A stretch of 64,000 nt of DNA from Octopus bimaculoides (Eukaryota). Of the stretch, positions 54,091-64,000 are shown one piece after another. Below the pieces are notes generated by a model. That model was not told where the DNA came from. It saw only the letters and a list, made by a program, of their open reading frames with translations, and did not search any database. The translations under genes were made by a program, and so were the position numbers. Every line of letters begins with the position of its first letter. Within the stretch, counting starts at the first letter, position 1. The stretch is taken from positions 23,166,053 through 23,230,052 of the forward strand of contig NC_068996.1 of the NCBI RefSeq assembly GCF_001194135.2, in the 5' to 3' direction.

Positions 54091-54920
54091 AGGCCCAGGA
54101 AGACCTGGGCTGAGGTGGTGAGGCAAGACCTTCGAACATTGGGCCTCACCAAGGTGATGACTACTGACCGAGACCTTTGGAAATGTGCTGTGCGTGAGAA
54201 GACCCGGCAAGCCAAGTTAGATCGTTGCCAGTGCCCCTGGACTGGCTCTTGTGCGGGTGGCACATAAGATGTACCATCTTGAGCGAGACCGTTGCCAGTA
54301 CCGCCTGACTGGCCTTTGTAGGGTTTTTGAGTGAGATCGTTGCCAGTGCCCCTGGACTGGCTCTTGTGTGGGTGGCACATAAAAGACACCATTTCAAGCG
54401 TGGCCGTTTTCGTGCGGGTGACACGTAAAAGCACCCACTACATTCTCTGAGTGGTTGGCGTTAGGAAGGGCATCCAGCTGTAGAAACTCTGCCAAATTAG
54501 ATTGGAGCCTGGTGTTGCCATCCGGTTTCACCAGTCCTCAATCAAATCGTCCAACCCATGCTAGCATGGAAAGCGGACGTTAAACGATGATGATGATGAT
54601 GACATATATACATACATATACATATTTACATACATATACATACATATACAAACATATACATATATATATATAATTATATGCACATAAAAATATATATACA
54701 CGTAAAAGCACCCCGGGTGACACGTAAAAGCACCCGGGTGACACGTAAAAGCACCCACTACACTCTCTGAGTGGTTGGCGTTAGGAAGGGCATCCAGCTG
54801 TAGAAACTCTGCCAAATCAGACTGGAGCCTGGTGTTGCCATCCGGTTTCACCAGTCCTCAGTCAAATCGTCCAACCCATGCTAGCATGGAAAGCGGACGT
54901 TAAACGATGATGATGATGAT
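54091..54920 (+). mobile_element. RTE LINE 3' end with duplicated 3' UTR tail
   Basis: RPRKTWAEVVRQDLRTLGLT; GC-rich cgttgccagt repeats; tail ending ttaaac(gat)n at about 54600 and again at about 54920. Confidence 0.9.
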
Positions 54921-54924
54921 GATG

Positions 54925-54967
<43 letters not shown>

Positions 54968-55134
54968 TATATATATACACATATATACATATAAATACAT
55001 ATATATATATATATATGCATATATATATACATATATACATATACAGATGTACATATGTGCATATATACATATACATACATACATATACATATGTACATAT
55101 ATATATCTATATACATATGTACATATGCACACAT

Positions 55135-55168
<34 letters not shown>

Positions 55169-55335
55169 TTATATATGAGGAGTAGATAGACAGCGAACAA
55201 CTGATGAAGGGTCGTTCTTTATGTTACTTATCCTGTTTTCCATTTGCTTCTCAGGATGTTTGTGTATTGAACTCATTTGCTTTTGTATTTCATGTTGTTT
55301 ACTGATGGTGATGTCCTGTACCCATATATGCCTAT

Positions 55336-55403
<68 letters not shown>

Positions 55404-55524
55404 TGTGTATATATGGTTATTGATATACATATAAATATTATTTATATTATTATTTGATTGAACGCCATGCACCCATTTCCAAGTATGTTTATCTCATTAT
55501 GTATGTATGTATGTATGTATGTAT

Positions 55525-55740
55525 GCATGCAAATCCAATGGGGGTCTTAAAAGACATGTTAGGATCCACAATGAGCAGAACTTACTTGCAGGTATTGGTA
55601 GTGCAAATCAGAGGTGCAATCTGTGTGGGTGTTTTTTCAAAACACTGTCTGGTTTAAAAAGCCACATCAGACGCCATGAAAGGGCTAAGGTGTAGGTGCA
55701 GGAGGTGGTCAAACTCTGTTTAAGGAGTAGACAACCACCA
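55525..55740 (+). mobile_element. LINE (RTE-type) 3' end encoding C-terminal C2H2-like zinc fingers
   Basis: CKSNGGLKRHVRIH and CNLCGCFFKTLSGLKSHIRRH* without TGEKP linkers, then a short UTR and microsatellite. Confidence 0.6.
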
Positions 55741-55771
55741 TCTATCTATATATATATATAATGTGTATATG

Positions 55772-55843
<72 letters not shown>

Positions 55844-57249
55844 GTACTGTTTATTTCTCGCTCAGACATTTAATATAACATTGTGCTCATAATTATGAGG
55901 ATGTGAGTTCAATTCCCAGACTAGGTTGTTTGTATTATTCTTGAGCAAGACACTGTATTTCACATTGCTCCAGTTCACTCATCTGTAGTAAGGAAGTGCA
56001 ATGTTATCAGTCTCGTGAAGACGAGAGGTTAGTATTGTCAGAATCATTTTCAGCCTGCACTTTTGCATTCAAACATGAAAATTCTGGGAGTAGATTATTC
56101 TACACCAGCTGGATATTGTTCTTGACCCTTCACCTTTTTTCTAAACATGGTAATATCTTCCCTAGTCCTTCAAACACACAAAGCACAGCAACCACTCATA
56201 TTTACATTGAAATTTGCAAACGTACAACACCACTTGAATGACTGACATTTACTTACTTTTAGTGCAGGGTGTGATTACAAGAACATATACATTTAATATC
56301 CTGTGCAGACATTCATATATACTATTCTCATCATGATTTATTTAACATACACTTTTCCATGCATGCTCTCATAGATCAGAAGGAATTTATCTAGGCAAAT
56401 TTTCTGCAGCCAGATGCCCTGCATGTGACCAAACTTCACCTGTTTTCAACCAAGGTATTTCCCCACAACCAAACGTTTTTCTTGAAGATTGGAAATGAAG
56501 AACATTGCTTATGTGACAGTGACATTCATTTACAAATTTACAACTATCACTATTAAGGGAGGGCATCAGTTACACACACACACACACAATCACATGTATG
56601 TGTGTGTGTGTGTGTATAAATTACTTATAACTAATTTGTTAGGATACAGGAAGACAGCAAGTTGGCAGAATCATTACCACGCCAGGCAAAATGCTTAGTG
56701 ATATTTTGCCCATCCTTATGTTTTGAGTTCAAATTCAACTTAACCATTCATTCTTTTGGTGTCAATAAAATTAGTACCAGTTGAGTCCTGGGGTGAATGT
56801 AATTGACTTACCCTGAGCTTGTGCCAAAATTTGAAACTGATATGTTAGGATACAGGATTTCTGTGTTGTACTCTTTCCTTTTCTCTTTTTTCTCTTTCTC
56901 TGACTAAAACAGGAAATATTAGAAAGTGAAAACAAAAAAAGAAAAAAAAAACACAGTCACACACATATATTGCTTCTTCCCTCCCCCTCACTCATACATC
57001 CTGCAGCCCACTCCCTTGGTGCATTGTCATAATTTAAGGTCATCTTGAACTTAAAGCAATCCAAACCCCAATAGAACTTTCCCAAAACAAGAAAAGTGTG
57101 ATGACATGTTTGCTATTACATGTAAATCATATTTTATTTTCCTTATCTGTAGCTCTCTTTATAGTATCAGTGCCTCCCTACTTCTACTGCTGTGATATGT
57201 GTTGGATAGGAGTAAAAATTCAGAGCTCCTGTGTATTTATAAGAAAATA

Positions 57250-57595
57250 GAGCAAATTGACCCCAGGACTTATTCTTTGTAAGCCTAGTACTTATTCTAT
57301 CGGGCTGTTTTGCCAAACCGCTAAGTTATGGGAATGTAAACACACCACCATCGGTTGTCAAGTGATGTTGGGGGGACAAACACGGACACACAAATATATA
57401 CACACACATACATATATATGTGTGTGTGTGTGTACGACGGGCTTCTTTCAGTTTCTGTCTACCAAATCCACTCACAAGGCTTTGGTCGGCCTGAAGCTAT
57501 AGTAGAAGACACTTGCCCAAGGTGCCATGCAGTGGGACTGAACCCGGAACCTTGTGTTTCGTAAGCAAGCTACTTACCAAACAGCCACTCCTGAA
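57250..57595 (-). mobile_element. Family A SINE
   Basis: Reverse-complement match to the family consensus. Confidence 0.85.
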
Positions 57596-59119
57596 TATTG
57601 TCTGTATATTTGCCAACTAGCCACTAGTCTTTTCTCCCTCCACTTTTATATATATAATTAAAACACTAAATGAGGGCGCATGGTTTAGTCACTAGATCAT
57701 GGTTTCAATTCCTAGAATGGGTGGTGCATTGTTTTCTTGAGCAAAAACATTTCATTCCATGTTGCTCTGCAATCACTTTGACACCTGATGCGTGGTATAC
57801 TGTGCACCTGTTCAGATAACATCAATTTGATGGAGAGAGTGAGCTAATATGTAACATGAACATTTGATCACTATAAGCAAATCATTTGTGTAGGTCGTTT
57901 GACAAAAAGCCGAACACTCATATGCTGTCTTCAATGGGAAAGTCCCATCATATATAACACTCACACATGTGATATATGTATGTGTATTTCTTTACATATA
58001 TTCTAGACAGTTCATCACTTTTAGTTTCTTTCATATAAGCTTGATGTTTATGATATTTTTTTTTTTTTTGGTGGTGTGATGAAATGTATACTGTATTTGC
58101 TTGTGTCTTTGATGCATTACCATTATTATCATAATTCTTGTTGCTATACTTAATCTGTTGCATTTCTTATTATTAATGACATTTTCAATTATTCACATAG
58201 ATGCTCCACAAGCCATAATCTATTTCTAATGCAACTTTTGCCGTGACATTTGTAATTCTTTTGAACATTAAAACATTTTAGATGCAATTTAATACACTCT
58301 GTACAACGGACGATGGACATAAGTCAATTTGTCTGTGGATTTCAAAGATTTTGTTGGTGGTTCTTACCATCATCAAAATAGACTGTTGTTGTTATCATCA
58401 ACATTGTCATCGTTGTCATAATCCCATCATCATTGTCACTGTCTTTGCAATCATCATTTACTGACATATTCACTTATAGTAAATGTCAGATTTAAGATTT
58501 TGCAAATTATCTTTTAAGCCCTGACATTTTCTTCTCATTTGCTTATATGTGCCACACAAATATGAACATATGAAAAAAAAAAAAAAGAAAAGGAATTGCA
58601 AAAATGGTACAATATCAGAATGAATGCATTGCCATGTCTTGTATGATTTTTCTGTATTACTCTGTTCAAATACTTCAAGTGTCTGTCTTGTATTTCATCA
58701 CCACCACCAGCCACCCACCAAGAGTTTTTAAATAAGTGCTATTTGTCCTTCATTCCATACTATATAATATCATGCTAAGCTAGGAGTAGCTGAATCATTA
58801 AAGCATGAGATGAAATGTCTTGCCATATTCAGTTGCATCATTCTAAGTACATCCATGTGATGTCAACGCAAAGAGATAGTAACACACACACACACACTCT
58901 AGGCTCCTTCCAAAGGCTTTGTTTGGTCTGAAGCTATAGTAGAAGACACTTTGCTCAAGGTACCATGTAGTAGGATTGAACCTGGAAACATGTTGTTGTG
59001 AAGCAAACTTCTTACCACACAGTGATGCTTGCACCTATTATTACATTATTGAACCGTCCCCCTTTCCTAGACATGATCATCATCTACCTAGAACCCCACA
59101 AAGCTGCAATAACATTCAG

Positions 59120-59300
59120 CCTTGTCTATTATTGAGCATTTCTGCTGTCAATTGCACATCATCGGTGTAGCAAAGAATGGTCTGATACATGATATTTGAA
59201 CGATAAAGACATCACCATTGTGGTTTGTAGCCAGTCTCATCAAAGGTAGAATGGTTGCTTCAGTGTGGTCACACGCAGATTTGATATATATATTGAGTTT
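59120..59300 (-). mobile_element. Old LINE reverse-transcriptase remnant
   Basis: Minus translation ILCYTDDVQLTAE (YADD-like) preceded by LMRLATNHNGD. Confidence 0.5.
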
Positions 59301-60129
59301 GTGGTTTACAGAAAAATATGTTGTTACTCAGACAAGAGATCACAAACCACAAACCACCTGTGTGAACATAACTAATTATGATTGCACAAACTATAGAACA
59401 GAATTTATTGACATAGCCAGATTGATCTATGGTTACTGACTATAAAAATAAAACCACTAATGTGTCTGCAAAAATCTAGCTTGTCGAGACTTCAATTACG
59501 CATGCAGACAAAAAATTATACATGAGATATATATATATATATATATATGTATCATCATCATCACCATTTAACACACCTGCTTCCCATACAGGTATGGGTT
59601 AGATGGTTTGACAGGAGCTGACCAGCTAGAGAGCTGTCCAGTCTCCAACTGGCTGTTTTGACATGATTTCTATGGCTGGATGCTCTTCCTAATGCCAACC
59701 ACTTTACAGTGTGTTCTGGGTGCTTGGTATATACCACTGGTAAAGGTGTGTTTATGTAGCACTGGTACAAGTGCATTTTATGTGGCACCAATACCTGCAA
59801 GACAAAGATCTCTCAGCTTGGAGAGGGAGAATGGCCATAAAGGACATACATACCTGTATGCAAGGATGGCTGTGATTTTATTTAGCTTGACATGTCTTCT
59901 CAAGTACAGCAAATCACCACAAGTCCTGATACTTTGTCATATCCTCAGTGACTGACTAAATAAAAGAAGTAGTTATATAATCACTTTCATTAGCTTACAG
60001 CTGTTTCTGCTTTAAAAAGCATTGCACACTCAGAGCCATTAAAATGATTTGATTTTGATGTTGATGTACTTGACTCAATAAGTCTCCTCAAGCGTGGCAT
60101 ACCGCCTTACGATCCAAAAGGTACTACTG

Positions 60130-60680
60130 AGTGGCATAGGCTACAGCTATGATCTCATTTTATTTTCCAGTTCTTGTCAGTCATAGCATATCTCTAGAGG
60201 TCTCGGCCTTTCGTCATTGCCTCAGTGAAGCCCAGCGTTCAAAGGTCATGCTTCGCCCCCCCCCATCCCATGTCTTCCTGGGTCTCCCTCTACCTCAGGT
60301 TCCTTCCACTGTTTGGGAGTGGCACTTCTTCACACAGCTCTCATCATCCATCCTTAGTACGTGACCATACCAGCGCAGATGTCTCCCTTGTATGCCACAT
60401 CCGATGCTTCTTATGTCCAACATTTTCCTCAGGGTGATTACACTCTGTCGTATGCACACACTGACAATACACATCCAGCAGATAATGCTAGCTTCATTTT
60501 TTTCGAGCCTACGCATGCTGTCAGCAGTCATGACCTATGTTTCACTGCTGTTAAGCATGGCAGTTTGCACACATGAATTGTACAATCTCCCTTTCACTCT
60601 GAACGAGAGGCTCTTTGTCGTCAGTAGAGATAGAAGCTTTCTGAACTTTGCCCAGGCTATTCTTCTTCTAGTTGTAACAC
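60130..60680 (-). mobile_element. RTE LINE ORF2 C-terminal fragment
   Basis: RRLEKNEAS, LRWYGHVLRMDDESCVKKCH and RPRKTW motifs. Confidence 0.9.
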
Positions 60681-61185
60681 TGTTCGCTGAAAGAGATTTG
60701 TTTCCCTTTTTGAAGACTGGAATGACAGACTGGGAAAGAAAATGATCAGGAATGTAGCCTGCATCAAGTTAGCTTCTCCAGAGCTCAGCTAGAAGGGGTG
60801 CAATTTGATGGCAACACATCTTCAGGACAGAGGCTGGTGACTTATTGGGACCTACTGCCGAGTTGTGCTTGATCTTATCTATTTCTGTTAGGATATCAGG
60901 AGCACTAAAAGTTATGTCACATATGGTTAGTTGAGGGTTTACATCACTGACACTAACCAGATCAACCACATTAGGGTTACTGAAGACAGAGCAGTATTGT
61001 CTCTAGAGTTTCTCGCACATGGATTTTGCATCATCATGTAGAGTGTTGTTCTCGTCAACCTGTTTTTTTGCAAATGAAAAGAACATTTTGGGATTGTGTT
61101 TCATTTTCTGAATGGCCCAACTCTCTTCAGCTGCACTTTTACTGTTAATGATGGTCATCATGCTTTTTTGATTCGAGTGATGCAA
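60681..61185 (-). mobile_element. CR1-clade LINE fragment (region upstream of the reverse transcriptase)
   Basis: HNPKMFFSFAKK, SAVGPNK..VLKMC..IAPLLAELWRS, SVIPVFKKGNKSL; similar to 37200-37295. Confidence 0.8.
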
Positions 61186-62071
61186 TGGCAGTCAAATGGG
61201 TGTGTTGCTGCTGGCAGTATTTAAGTTGGTTGATTTTCTTTTTAATCCTTTTTATTTTTCTGATAATTGCTCTTCTATTTCTAGGGATTCTGCACTTAGA
61301 TTTGTATACTACACTTTTATATATATATATATATATNNNNNNNNNNNNNNNNNNNNNNNNNNNNNNNNNNNNNNNNNNNNNNNNNNNNNNNNNNNNNNNN
61401 NNNNNNNNNNNNNNNNNNNNNNNNNNNNNNNNNNNNNNNNNNNNNNNNNNNNNNNNNNNNNNNNNNNNNNNNNNNNNNNNNNNNNNNNNNNNNNNNNNNN
61501 NNNNNNNNNNNNNNNNNNNNNNNNNNNNNNNNNNNNNNNNNNNNNNNNNNNNNNNNNNNNNNNNNNNNNNNNNNNNNNNNNNNNNNNNNNNNNNNNNNNN
61601 NNNNNNNNNNNNNNNNNNNNNNNNNNNNNNNNNNNNNNNNNNNNNNNNNNNNNNNNNNNNNNNNNNNNNNNNNNNNNNNNNGGAGAAAAACTAGACGTAG
61701 TTGATAGCTTCTGCTATCTCGGTGACCAAGTTAGTAGTGGGGGAAGGTGCGCTGAAAGTGTAGCTGCTAGAATAAGAATAGCCTGGGCAAAGTTCAGAGA
61801 GCTCTTACTTCTGCTGGTGACAAAGAGTCTCTCTCTCAGAGTAAAAGGCAGACTGTATGATGCATGTGTACGAACAGCCATGCTACATGGCAGTGAAACA
61901 TGGGCCGTGACTGTTGAAGACATGCGTAGACTCGCAAGGAATGAAGCCAGTATGCTCTGATGGATGTGTAATGTCAGTGTGCATACTAGACAGAGCGTAA
62001 GTAGCTTGAGAGAAATGTTGAACCTCAGAAGCATCAGTTGTGGTATGCAAAAGAGACGATTGAGCTGGTAT

Positions 62072-62573
62072 AGGGCTTTCCTATAAGTAGGTTATCTCCC
62101 TTGGCTAGGCGGCGCTACATGTAGACAATTAAACTTCCGCAGACTATCCACGCCATTGTTATTGTTTTACGTCTTATCATGGATATAAAGCAGCTTGATG
62201 ATTCAGCTATCGAAGTACTTACTGTGCCTGAGTTAAAGAAATATTTAAGATTATATAGACAGTATGTTACTGGAAGAAAGGCGGACTTGATTGAAAGGTT
62301 GAAAGGTATAAAAATTCTGTCGATGAATAATGTCAACAAAGTAAATTCATCAGACGATAAGTCTGAACTATCGGACGATATTTCAGACAGGAATAAGCAG
62401 AAGCTTATATATCCTCTCGGTGAAGTATTGCCCAATCTGCTTTCAGCAACCATTCACTGATTTGTCCATGAGCATGATGAGGTGCAGAAGAGGTGGGGAC
62501 AGTCACACTATAAAGTCTAATAATTAGAGGAATATTTGATTCAATGCTGTAAATTTATTATTTAATCAAAGAA

Positions 62574-62616
<43 letters not shown>

Positions 62617-62760
62617 CAAAAATAAGAGGAATGACCAGCAAAAGTGGACTCTATATGCTAGAAATAGATGCCGGAAGTTAAAGCAAGTCACTGAGCATGC
62701 GTACATGTCATACGGAAGAGTTCCAATCAGGGGTGGATAACAACCTTATAGGAACCCCCT
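62072..62760 (+). mobile_element. 689-bp TIR element, ISL2EU-like non-autonomous derivative
   Basis: TIRs agggctttcctataag.. / ..cttataggaaccccct; removal restores RTE codons TGG TAT AGT CAT; TSD is AT (equivalently TATA). Confidence 0.75.
62179..62460 (+). CDS. 93-aa SAP-domain ORF carried by the TIR element (probably a truncated accessory protein)
   Basis: LTVPELKKYLRLYRQYVTGRKADLIERL fits the SAP consensus LTVxELKxxL+xxGLxxSGxKADLIxRL. Confidence 0.7.
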   Translation: MDIKQLDDSAIEVLTVPELKKYLRLYRQYVTGRKADLIERLKGIKILSMNNVNKVNSSDDKSELSDDISDRNKQKLIYPLGEVLPNLLSATIH

Positions 62761-64000
62761 ATAGTCATGTGGCAAGAATGGATGACGATAGCTGTGTGAA
62801 AAAGTGCCACTCCTTAACAGTTGATGGAACCTGTGGAAGAGGTAGGCCCAGGAAGACCTGGGATGAGGTGGTGAGGCATGACCTTTGAACATTGGGCCTC
62901 ACTGAGGCGATGACTTCTGACCGAGACCTTTGGAAATACACTGTGCATGAGAAGACCCGGCAAGCCAAGTGAGACCTAAATCCAAGGCCTCCGCCAGGGG
63001 TGTAGCCAGCCCACTTATGCGTAACTTCCTTCATTTGACACAAAACTCTACTTGTGAAGACCTGTTGAGGCAAGTGAAATCGGAATCGAAATCGAAAAAA
63101 ATTCGATGACTGGCACCCATGCCAACGTCGTCTCCTTCATTGGACACGAAACTCAGCTTGCGAAGACTTATTGGGGCAAGCAAAAGTGAAATCGTGATGG
63201 CACCTATGTCCAGCGTCGCCTTCCTGGCACTTGTGCCGGTGGCATGTGTAAAGACATTCGAGCGAGATTATGCCAGTGCCGCTGGACTGGCTCCTGTGCA
63301 GGTGGCACGTAAAATACACCATTTTCAGCGTGGCTGTTGCCAGTACCACCTGACTGGCCTTCGTGCTGGTGGCACGTAAATGCACCCTCTACACTCTCGG
63401 AGTGGTTGGCATTAGGAAGGGAATCCAGCTGTACAAACTCTGCCAAATCAGATTGGAGCCTGGTGTAGCCATCCGGTTCACCAGTCCTCAGTCAAATTGT
63501 CCAACCCATGCTAGCATGGAAAGTGGACGTTAAACGATGATGATGATACATATATATACACATACATATATATATACATATATATACATATTTATATATA
63601 TATTCACACACATATATATGCATACATACATATATATATATATATTCACGCACATATATATATGCATACATACATATATATATATATATAGATTTAATCA
63701 AAAGATTAAATGTGGTACTTAAAATGTTTGAGGCACCAGAATTTGGTAGGATAAAAGCCAAAAACAAAATCAAGAGATTTGGTGAATAAAATTTGAAGTT
63801 AAGCAACAAAAATTCAATAGGTTATAGCAGTACGTACGTTTCGTACAAGCTCCATTTATTCATGTAGTGAGAACACCACAGAAAATACAATGAAAATGTA
63901 CTCCTCAGCTGCATAATGGAATTTCATTTTAGAAAGTCATTTTGAAGATGTTTGCAAACATAAATGGAGCTTGTACGAAACGTACGTCCTGCTATAACCT

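Larger units (their letters stand above)
61682..63545 (+). mobile_element. RTE LINE 3' portion (ORF2 C-terminus plus UTR), split by a DNA element
   Basis: VDSFCYLGD, RIAWAKFRELL, MLHGSETW; resumes as WYSHVARMDD..GRGRPRKTW at 62762; (gat)n tail at about 63540. Confidence 0.9.

Noticed and set aside
55507-55695. Member of the cephalopod C2H2 zinc-finger gene expansion
   Set aside because: Only two fingers, the first truncated by a microsatellite, no TGEKP linker, and a LINE-like 3' end.
59218-59460. Plus-strand terminal exon EKYVVTQTRDHK...IYGY* with AATAAA
   Set aside because: The opposite strand of the overlapping and adjacent sequence carries a YADD-like RT remnant, so a LINE origin is the simpler explanation.
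62179-62460. SAP-domain host gene
   Set aside because: It lies within TIRs that interrupt an RTE reading frame.

Overview
Repeat-dense, gap-rich animal genomic DNA. It is most consistent with an octopus (coleoid cephalopod) short-read assembly, judged from the dominant tRNA-derived SINEs, RTE tails ending in (GAT)n and (TA)n/(CA)n microsatellites at nearly every N gap; the species call is pattern recognition, not a database hit. There is no intact long ORF and no CRISPR array, and most ORF-track entries are microsatellite or N-gap artefacts. The window holds decayed LINEs (RTE, CR1-like), Penelope-like fragments with hammerhead ribozyme motifs, and DNA transposon remnants or MITEs (Merlin/IS1595 transposase, hAT, Tigger/pogo, mariner, piggyBac-type, ISL2EU-like). 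It also holds candidate exons of unidentified minus-strand host genes at 3.8-4.4 kb, about 37.55 kb and 41-51 kb. The most notable observations are: (1) two copies of a palindromic MITE with 9-bp target-site duplications (TSDs) carrying (CCCTAA)n and (TTAGGG)n arms; (2) a 258-bp element in which 38-bp inverted repeats enclose a minimal hammerhead ribozyme; (3) a 689-bp SAP-domain element with terminal inverted repeats (TIRs) inserted cleanly into an RTE; (4) an AG|GTAAGT recursive-splice-like site; (5) a clear CpG-rich versus CpG-poor domain structure. All alignments were done by eye.
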